Assembly (NCBI GenBank): GCA_027923505.1
Contig: BROI01000003.1
Span: 558,001-622,000 of the forward strand
Direction: 5' to 3'
Length of the DNA: 64,000 bases
Origin: Mayamaea pseudoterrestris
Taxonomy: Eukaryota
The translations under genes were made by a program, and so were the position numbers. Below the pieces are notes generated by a model, which saw nothing but the letters and a program-made list of their open reading frames with translations, made no database searches and was not told the origin of the DNA. This document shows positions 42,861 to 52,200 of the stretch, piece by piece (position 1 is the first letter of the stretch; every line of letters starts with the position of its first letter).

Positions 42861-43091
42861 CAGCTCATTCTCAAGCTCTGCCACTTCCTGCTTTCAATGA
42901 AACAAAGTAAATGTCAACAACAGCAAGTATTATGAAATGTTCTGCAAAAGGCTTATTTGGTAGCCAAACGCCAGTGGATCAGGCACCGTTTCAAGGGATT
43001 TGCATGTTTGGCACCGTTTTTTGGCCAAAAAAGAGTCTTTCACCACCATTCTTGACAAAATAAAGATGTATATTTCTCTAATGCAAAAGGA

Positions 43092-43164
43092 TTCCGATAC
43101 GGGGACTCGAACCCCGGTTTCCTGCGTGAAAGGCAAGTATGATCACCACCTACATTATATCGGA
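43092..43164 (-). tRNA. tRNA-Glu (TTC)
   Basis: TCCGATA/TATCGGA acceptor stem, CTTGC-CTTTCAC-GCAGG anticodon arm, CGGGG-TTCGAGT-CCCCG T arm, downstream TTTT. Confidence 0.95.
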
Positions 43165-43686
43165 AGCACATGCGCCACCTTGTGCTATAAATGCATGTGC
43201 ATCATCGCATTATAAACGCGTGTATATCTTAGTGCGCATCGTTACACTTGATTAAATTAGACAAACAAGCATATCCGTATCCAATTCTTGTCAAAAGCAG
43301 AAGAGCAATTGGTAGGCTTTGATATTGCAAAGGCACTCTCTCAGATTGTCACCTGCATCACTCTGGTCAACTGTATGAGTTATTGTCTAGATGTATTGGT
43401 TGCTTGGCTAAACACTCTATTTACATCCAAAGCCACTCAATAGACGGGAGTATGTCAGTATACATATAGTATTTGTACTACCGGTAGACTGGTCCATTAT
43501 GTCGTACGAGTAAATCAGCTCTGAGAGACACGGTACGACATCCGTTTCTCTCGATTCTCCAAAAGCAAGAAGATCCAAGCCAAACGTGAGACGAGGCACG
43601 CATGGTTCCGAGTCAATTTCAAAGCAGTGTTACTGTATCATATACAAGTTGCGCACAACGTCGTAAGTCCAGTAGACTACAAAATC

Positions 43687-45405
43687 ATGGTAGGCTTGAA
43701 TAAGAACACCACCAAGATCAACATCCAGCAAGCCATGAAGGAGCTCAAGGAAGCCGAGCAGATCGCTTTCATGGCGTCGCTCAAAGGATTAACGCCGGCG
43801 GAAAAGCATGCCAAGCGTCAGGCCCGCCGTAGCGTGTTGAAGGAACGCAGGGAGCGCCAGCAGGCTGAGCGTCGCGTCTTTGAGGAGTCGTTGGAACGTC
43901 TTGCTCCGGCCGAGAAGAAAGCCAAGCGCCAGGAACGCCAACTCGTCAAGTTGGAGCAGTGTGCGATGGCACAGGTCGCTCTCCAACAGACGGCGCGTGA
44001 GTCATTCACGTCAGCATTAGAAGGATTGTCGGAGGAGGAACGCGAAATCAAGTGGTTGGAGGGTCGCGCTATAATGCAGAAGCGCATGACCGAGCGCAAG
44101 GCTGCTCGTCGCGTCGTTGAGAGCGATTTGGAGAAATCTGTCGGTGAGAAACATTTGAGAGGTGGCACCAATATGAAGTTTTATGATGATGAGGAACTCG
44201 CAAAGTTCCAGGCAACTCTCAAGGGTCTTGGTCCTCGTGCCAAGCAGATCAAGTGGCAGCTCCGCATCAAGAAACTTCGTGCGGACATTCAGCTCAATGG
44301 AGGTGGCAGTGGAATTCGCAAGGCACTCCGCCATGCGCGCAAACAGAGGGACTTGATGGCGCGTCGAGCTGCAATGCAGGATTTCAAGCTCGCTAAGGAC
44401 TTTGCTGGCGTTGCCATTGCCGAACAGGTGGACATGAGCAAGAAGAAGGAGATTGTTTGTGACTCGATGCAAAAGAAGGCCAAGTATGGGGACGAGGAGC
44501 TTGCGGTGTTTCATGCCTCCCTCGAAGGTTTGTTGGTGGCAGAGCTTAAGCAAAAGTGGCAGACTCGCATCAAGGAACTCCGATCTGACATCGAAGCCAA
44601 TGGACCTGGAGGGGGTAATCGCAAGGCACTCCGTCTGGCTCGTCTTGAGATGGATAAGCTTGTCAAGGCAGAGCAGGTGACACGCAAAAATAAGCTTGAC
44701 GCTGAACAGGAGGATGTCGTTCCTGGAAAGACATTGACGGACAGTAAAATTCAGCAGGCATACACCGACGAAGAGTTTGCCGCGTTCCGTGCATCCCTCG
44801 AGGGCTTGCCGCAGGCAGAGATTAAGCAAAAATGGCAGACTCGTATGAAGAAACTTCGTGCTGAAATTCAGGCGAATGGACCTGGGGGCGGTAATCGCAA
44901 GGCGCTCCGCTTGGCTCGTCAGGAGTTGGACAAGCTTGCCAAGTGTGAGCAGGTGCCCCGTAAGAACAAATTTGTGGATGCAGCCACTCAATACAAGGAC
45001 GTTTCGGGAGGTGAATCTGTCGGCAATGGAAAGAAGATGAAGTCTAACGTCGAGGAACTTGCCTCGTTTGAAGCGTCGCTCAAGGGAATGTCGCCTGCTG
45101 CGAAGAAGTTGAAGTGGCAGGCACGTATTAAGGAGCTCCGTGCCGACATTATGACGCATGGTCTTGGTGGAGGCAACGGCAAGGCCTTAGAGTTGGCTCG
45201 CAACGAAAAGGCAAGGGTTGCGAGAGAGGCTCTTTTGGTTTGGTTGGAACATAATCTGTCGCATGAGGAAAAGCTGCGCCTCGTCGAAACGCATGAAGGT
45301 GAAGCGAATATGAAGGTAGTTGATGCTGACGGTATGGAGGACGATGATATTGTCTTTGTTAGCGACTCGGACTTTACGGATGTTTCCATCAAGATGGATG
45401 CGTAA
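43687..45405 (+). CDS. Orphan basic helical protein with four ~55-aa repeats
   Basis: YxDEELAxFxASLxGL...KWQxRIKxLRADIxxNGxGGGNRKALRLAR-type unit at ~44182, 44485, 44761, 45046. Confidence 0.8.
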   Translation: MVGLNKNTTKINIQQAMKELKEAEQIAFMASLKGLTPAEKHAKRQARRSVLKERRERQQAERRVFEESLERLAPAEKKAKRQERQLVKLEQCAMAQVALQQTARESFTSALEGLSEEEREIKWLEGRAIMQKRMTERKAARRVVESDLEKSVGEKHLRGGTNMKFYDDEELAKFQATLKGLGPRAKQIKWQLRIKKLRADIQLNGGGSGIRKALRHARKQRDLMARRAAMQDFKLAKDFAGVAIAEQVDMSKKKEIVCDSMQKKAKYGDEELAVFHASLEGLLVAELKQKWQTRIKELRSDIEANGPGGGNRKALRLARLEMDKLVKAEQVTRKNKLDAEQEDVVPGKTLTDSKIQQAYTDEEFAAFRASLEGLPQAEIKQKWQTRMKKLRAEIQANGPGGGNRKALRLARQELDKLAKCEQVPRKNKFVDAATQYKDVSGGESVGNGKKMKSNVEELASFEASLKGMSPAAKKLKWQARIKELRADIMTHGLGGGNGKALELARNEKARVAREALLVWLEHNLSHEEKLRLVETHEGEANMKVVDADGMEDDDIVFVSDSDFTDVSIKMDA

Positions 45406-45653
45406 ATTGCATTATGATTGTTGTCTCTTCGGAAGTGTGCGTTACGATCGTTGTCTACGGTGATGACGTAGTGAAGTAGACAAAATACATTACGAATAAC
45501 ATCAGTCACTAGCTGGTCATTTCCTCTACTGCTAAACCTCGTTAATAATAGACTAGAGTAATGGCATGCCGAAGAGTGAATACATGCACGGGCATGGAAA
45601 GTGGATTGGCAATGTTATTGTCAACCAAAACGTTGTTTCTTTTTTTAGCAGCA

Positions 45654-46445
45654 CTAAATAATGTCAGTCATTTCGTCGTCGTCCACATTGACGTCTTGAA
45701 AAACCTCCACACTATCCGTGGGTTTAATTTCGTTGTCGTCGTCTTCATCAAGCTTGTTCTGCGGCGGCAAGTTGGCATTACCATCGACGCTAAGGTCCAT
45801 GTCCGTCGCTTGCTTGGAAGGCCCAATGGCGTGCTGCGACCAAAACAATGTGCGTCGCCGACGACAAACAAAGAGACCTGCAATAGCAGCAACAATCACG
45901 GCGAGTCCAATGACAATAAAGGCAACGCCAACGGCTCCCGTCGAGTTGGACGATGTCGAGTTGCTCACACTTCCGGTTGCTGGACCATAATCGTCCGGCA
46001 CAGTCTGACCCTTGACGTACTCGCAAAACTGTGAAATGTTGAGCGAATGCAGGCGGTTAATTAATCAATCGATGTAGCGCGTAAACTAATAAAATTGGAG
46101 AATATGCACCTTCAGCCGATCATGTCTACTTACATTTCCAGTGTACTTTGGCCGACAAGTGCATCCAGCATGCGCGTCATCATCTGCATCCGCCAAGAGC
46201 TGCTTGCACTTGCCTCCATTGGCGCAAAAGGAAAAATCGTTTGGTAAATTGTCCTCGTTGCAGAAGACGGACGCCTTGTATTCACAGAAGAGTCCGGCAA
46301 AGACGGCATTCTTGCTTGGTGAGGTCGAGCAGTCGCAGTAGAAGGAGCCTTCCTCGGTACCTTCCTTACATGACCCACCGTTTTGGCAGGTAGTTCCATC
46401 GAGGCATGTCATGGTGTCAGCGTCGTCGTCATTTCGGTTTGACAT
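45654..46445 (-). CDS. EGF-like x2 single-pass membrane protein, two exons (intron 46029-46133)
   Basis: CQNGGSC..YCDC..FAGLFCE and CANGGKC..CTCRPKYTGN|FCE; TM AVGVAFIVIGLAVIVAAIAGLFVC then RRRR. Confidence 0.85.
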
Positions 46446-46907
46446 AATTGCAATTCCTTTTACAGTTAATGTTCGTCGTTTTGTTGCTTGGCAAATGGAG
46501 TACTGGCTAGCAAGAAAACTACGGAGCGGTGCAGGGTGCTTGACTATTGGGACTTGTTTCTCTTGATGAATCAATTGAATACTCGACTTTGATTGTCTTT
46601 TTTAGCAGGAACGACTGGCAATCAAAGACAGAAGGCTTTTACAAGAGCGAAAGAATAGTCCGGCCAATCCTTGCCGCTGGAGCTGTTTTTGTGCGCGCGT
46701 TTCGCTTCCGCCAATGCTGTTTGTCGCACCATCAATAAATGTTGCGGTAGTGAAAAGACATTCTCACTGCACCGCACGCAGCGAAGGAACGCAACAACAA
46801 GCATCATCGCAGTCGTTGTTTAGTAGCAGTACGCGAGGACAGCCAACACGACCTGGCCGTTCGCTTGAAGTTTTTGTGCGCATCATAGTTCTGTCAAAAT
46901 TGTTATC

Positions 46908-47630
46908 ATGAGGCTATTTCGAATCATAATTGTGCTTTCTTGGCTCGCCGTTGTGTGGGGAGCGGACGAACAATCATCACGTCTGTTGCGAGGGCGAATC
47001 TCGTCCCCTACGTTACTTGCAGGAGCAGCAGCTAAACAAGAGCTACAAACACATGAATTACGTAATCCGATAAAAGAATCAGCTCGTTTGCTTGCCGATG
47101 AGACCCTAGATTCTCCTGTGAAGTCTGCGCGAGAAGGCGAAGCCAATGCAGTCGAAGAGTCTGCCGCTGCCACGGAATCGTCGGCAGCGGCCGAAACGAC
47201 TGCACGAGCACAAGAGTCGGCAGAAGCAGACGACAATTTACCAAACAAGAAAAACAAGAACCAACAGAAGAATGATGACAATGCTACAAAACAGCCAGCG
47301 AAGGATGCATCGACAACGAAAAACGACGAGGACGACTTGGCCTCCATCAAGGAGGAACTGCAGGAGGAGGAGCGCATGGTGCGCGAGGTTGGTGGCTATG
47401 GGGCCGTCTTGGCCATGATTGCCATGATTTTCACTGCTTGGCAAATGAATGACAATCCCGATGGCATTTTTGCAACCATGTGTCGACTGGTCATTACTAT
47501 TTGCGGACTGTTCATCGGTCTCTTGCTTACGCCCTGTCGGAGATGTATAGGACCTTCAAGAGCAAGTAGCCACACGTATGGGCATGTTCCAGTGGCGCCA
47601 TCGAATTTGGAGTTTGGTTTCACATCATAA
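46908..47630 (+). CDS. Uncharacterised membrane protein with signal peptide
   Basis: Signal peptide, acidic low-complexity ectodomain, two C-terminal hydrophobic segments. Confidence 0.75.
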   Translation: MRLFRIIIVLSWLAVVWGADEQSSRLLRGRISSPTLLAGAAAKQELQTHELRNPIKESARLLADETLDSPVKSAREGEANAVEESAAATESSAAAETTARAQESAEADDNLPNKKNKNQQKNDDNATKQPAKDASTTKNDEDDLASIKEELQEEERMVREVGGYGAVLAMIAMIFTAWQMNDNPDGIFATMCRLVITICGLFIGLLLTPCRRCIGPSRASSHTYGHVPVAPSNLEFGFTS

Positions 47631-47780
47631 CGTCTAGAATCATCCTAGAATGAATGATTGAATGAACGAACGAACGAACTAGTTTGCAGTCAACGAACTG
47701 TATATCTAATGACGGCAGACTTTACTGCTTGTTAAACGAAATTAAATTGCAGCATTAATTTAGACTTGTTACTGCTCCGG

Positions 47781-48853
47781 TCAATTCTCTAAACTATTGT
47801 ATCGCTGGAAGCCCTCGTAGCCTCGATCCTTTGGTGCAGATGGGTCCTTTCGTTTCCATGCGCCTTTGGACGGCGAAATGCGGTTCCCCTTCTTCTCCGA
47901 CCAAGATGCAGTCGCACTTGTGGTAGCATCAGGTTGTTTCGACTGCCAGTTGCGTTCCATTTTGATGCCACTCTTTTTGGCAATGGCGGAAACTTGTGCC
48001 TGTCGCAACGTCCATATACTCTTGTCGGATTTCAACCCCGGAACAACTGCATCCACTCTCACAATGTCATTCAATGATGCGTCTTTGGCTACTTCGGTCT
48101 CACTGTCACCAATCCAATACAAGAGCTCGCCAGTCTTTGGTTCCAGCAAATGATGCATCCATGTGCAGACGTTGGGAAGCGCCGAAACACTCCGACTTGT
48201 TGCTACATCAAACAGCGAGTGTGACCCATTTTGTTCCAGTAAACCCGTGTATGCTTCTGCTCGCCCATGATGCGTCTGCACATTGGTGAGCTCGAGTTGC
48301 TCCGCCATGTTTTGGACGGCAATGAGCTTCTTTCCGACCGAATCAAGCAAGCAAAACCTTGATTCAGGACAGGCAATGGCCAATGGTAGACCAGGAAAGC
48401 CGCCACCCGTTCCAACGTCAATAATTTTCATTGTTAGTGAGTCGCCATTGTCTTTGGTATGCTCGCGTAGGCAGGCCAGAGCCGCTAGACTCGGTAAAAT
48501 ATGTTTTTCCCACACGACGGATGGTTCGGCATGTTGTCGCGAGACGAGGTTGATCTTTTGGTTCCAATCCAGCACTAGCGAACATAATTGATCGAGTTTG
48601 GTGTATTGCTCTTCCGTGAGACCGAGTGACTCTGTAACGATGGAATGATAGTCAAGGTGTTGTGAAGGCGGCGGCATCAATATTGGTGATGATGCGTCGA
48701 ACAATAATGACGATCTTGTCGCTGCTCGTTTTCTATGATGGCTCGTGGTAACAAAGCAGCTTGATTCCGTATGTATTACGCCTTGTATAAGCAGTAGCAG
48801 TAGCGAGAGTAAAAACCCCGTGGACCTCGACATCCCGTCGTTGTTGTTCATCA
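47781..48853 (-). CDS. rsmG: 16S rRNA m7G methyltransferase RsmG/GidB, organelle-targeted; start uncertain
   Basis: WNQKINLVS, KHILPSL, DVGTGGGFPGLPLAI, LDSVGKK, GRAE; hydrophobic N-terminal extension. Confidence 0.92.
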
Positions 48854-49299
48854 TGGTGCACCCGATGAATGTGATGTGACGCCAATCGAATGGTGCTGTC
48901 AATCGTCGTGTCGCACGGAAATCCGATGTCTCGCCCGGCGCGAATCCGGATTCTCGATCGTTGAAACGACTAAAGATACCATACAATGACATATTCATTG
49001 ATTAAGATAAGACAATGACGGCTTAATAAGAAATGCCGCGCCCAACGCATTGGAGAAACCTTTGATTGTGTGACCGCATCCGAGTTGACCATCGATGAAA
49101 GGCGCCGGTCAATCTTGTTGCCTCTTGCTGCGAAGGAATCTGCACTTTGTCACGGCAACGAAGAACATTGCCGCTATAGGTTGTCAAATTCGATTTAGTT
49201 GTATTTCTGCATTTACAAGGAAACTTGATATTTGCAGAAAGACGTATCGCTTCTAGCAATTCTTTGACAGCTACACTACCAACGCACCTATCATACGGC

Positions 49300-52200
49300 A
49301 TGACTGCAATCGAGGTGCGGGCGGAGTTTGCCCGCCGCGGAAAGCATCGGAGCGACTCCTCGGACCGACTGATTGACCATGAGGACGAGGATCCCTGGGA
49401 CCATCAGCGTCGGTCGACGGACGACTGGGTTGCATCTGCGACGGACGACGAAGACGACGACGAGGAATTATCGCCACTGCCTGGTGACTCAACGTTCTTT
49501 GACATTGTCGAAGCAGAAGACAGTTTGGAGGACGGCGATCTGCCAGCCTTGACTAAAAGTGGTGTTGGAGGTCGCGTCGTGAACGGACGACGTACGACGG
49601 CACGACCCATTCAGTCTCCAAGTCTAGCTGGACTTGTGTCGCCGTCGTCTGTTGCAGAGAATTCTTTGCCATCCAACAATCCCAGAATGCAGCAGCAACA
49701 TCGACAGTTTTGGGCGCAGTTGGAGGATGACGACGATGACGAAGATCCTGCCATGGCAGAACGAGAGCAAAGGTCTTACCATCAGAATCAAACTGGAGTC
49801 TCCATGAACGAGTCGGACGATGGTCCAGACGATGAAATGAATGATCGACGCTCCAACTGGCTCGACACTTCCCCTCGGCGGCGCGACGAAACGGAGGAAT
49901 ATTATGACAACCTGCAAACCTCGTCGACTGATCCGGATACTGATTTTTGTGCGGCAGCCTTTACTGCGATTGGAAGCATGTGCGGAGCTGGATTTGCTGT
50001 TGCTCCTGCATCAGCAGCACGTAGTAAGAGCAAGTCATTCATTCAAGATTCATCTAACCGAACGAGGAGGCCGATCATGGCGGAAAAACAGGAGGAGCAT
50101 ACGGCTATTGAAGTAGAGTTTGTCGATCCGACACCAGCGCAAACAAATACCATGAAAAAGTCGGCACTCTTGGCTGCCATGCAACGAAAGGCCAAGGAGG
50201 AGACTTCACGACGTAAAGAGGAAAGAAACGTATCTGCTTCAACCTTTGAGGATGAAGATGTTCCGCCACTGAATGATTCTGGCTTTGATGACGAGGAAGA
50301 TGATGAAGAAGGAGACGAGGAACCAGCACAATTCGAGGTATCGTCCAAAGCGGCGGCTGGAAGTGACTTATACAACGGCTTTTCGACATCGGACAAGCGC
50401 AAATTTGTCAAGCTTTTAAACAGTGGTGTTTCACCGGCGGATGCGTCTGCTCGCGTCATTTTGGATCGCAACAAGGACGCTACCAATAAGAACAAGCCGT
50501 CTAACAAGGTCATGGCCAAGCTTGCCTTTTGGAAAAAGACGATTGCGTTGCAGCAACAACAGCAAGAAGCGTCGACTCGATCTATTAAGCCGGTTCTTCA
50601 AAATGCAGAACCAGCAAATGCTGAGTTGGAAGAGGAAGAGGTAATGCAGCCAGGACAGCAGAAAGATGGACGAGCAGAAGACGAAAGAGAAGAAGCGGAA
50701 GACGAGGAGGATGTGATGGCTCTTGCTCAAAGTTCGACTGACCCATTCGATGAAATTGAACTCGTTGAATCCGAAGTAAAGTCTCCTGATTATGCGGAAG
50801 AAAAGAAGATAGATTTCACCCCACCACGCTTGGTGACTCCTGCTCCTGTTGTCGCTGAGACTGCAATGTCAACGCCTGCCAGCAATGCCTCGTCGGAAGG
50901 GCGACCATTCGCCAAGAGCGGAATTGACTACTACGACGGGGTGCGGCCACAGCCCGAGCACGAAAATGACGATGACACTGAAGCTCAAATGCTCGCTAGC
51001 AATCTATCGGGTGTTCGGAAACAGGGGGCATTGCGTGCGCCGAGGTCGTTCGTGAAGTTGGCGGAACGTTCCAAAAGTGCACCTCGCACTCGGCTTGGCG
51101 ATGAGGATGAGGATGACTCTATTGATAAACAAATCTCGGTGCATTCACAGGCGCTGAAAGATGCAGAATCATTTAGTGCGGGTATTTTGGCAAAATCAGA
51201 GGCACAGCGACAGCGTGATATGCCAATAGTTTTGCCGCAATCGCAAGACAATTACGCGCGAAAGCTAGATGGCAGGCAATCGCGGATTGACAAAGACTTG
51301 TATCCAAAAAAGGACAGAAATCCAGCGCGATTTGTATCAACAGATATCCCTCTGTCCCCTCGTGCGCAATCCGTAAGTCTTCCCTTAGTTTCTCCTGATG
51401 TTTCTCAGTCGGTGCAAAAAAGCTTTAGCGAAAGAGGAGACTACGCAATATCGCCTGTTTCAACTGCAAGCTTCGATGGGTTACATCGAATTAATTCGGC
51501 TGATCATACGCGACCTGAACCTGTCATCTTAAGCGCAAGTATGGATCGTACAGCGACTGCAGATCGCTTTGAACCTGTCGCGCTGAAGCCATCAGGACGA
51601 CATGCCATTCGACTCGACTCATTGGATGTCAACATGAGCACTTATATGCACGCATCTGAAGCATATAATACACCGACAGGTATGAATGTTGGAGGTCACC
51701 AACATGATAACGTTTCCGTGTACACCATTGGCACCAACATGACTGGAACGACCCTAATGACGACCTCAACTCGGACACGTCGCCCGGGTGCTGCACGAAG
51801 TCGGATTGAACAAGAAAAGCGCGCGCAGTTAGTAAACGGTCATAAGAAAGGCTGGCACGAGACGATGAAGGCCGTTTCTGCTTCAACCAATAGACATTGG
51901 GATCCAGTAAGGGGCTGGGTGGATTTTGAAGAGGACAGGAACATCAACAGTGCGTCATTGCCCGACACACCTTCTGGAAAGATTCATTTAAATCTTGAAA
52001 AAAGCATTCCGCATAAGAAGCACGAGTCAAGAACAGAATTGGTCAGTCAAGAAGCTAATCCAGTTTCTATACCATTCCCTGAAAAGTGGGAGAAGGAAAG
52101 GCGCATGATGGTTGAGGGCGCTGTTGCGCAAAGTAGAGGCGCGGCGGTAACTCCTGATCGCAGGCGAGCGCGCTCCGCGAGCCCCGGCCACAGTGGGTGG

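Noticed and set aside
37480..42935. Dozens of short ORFs in the satellite (MVSLAGVSGD..., LVTTCHQSQP...)
   Set aside because: The 169-nt period rotates frames and every ORF terminates within a few monomers; these are products of the repeat.
44017..45159. 380-aa minus-strand ORF
   Set aside because: Antisense shadow of the plus-strand repeat protein, with no motifs of its own.
47648..47680. Short GAAT/GAAC run
   Set aside because: Ordinary imperfect microsatellite in a 3' intergenic gap.
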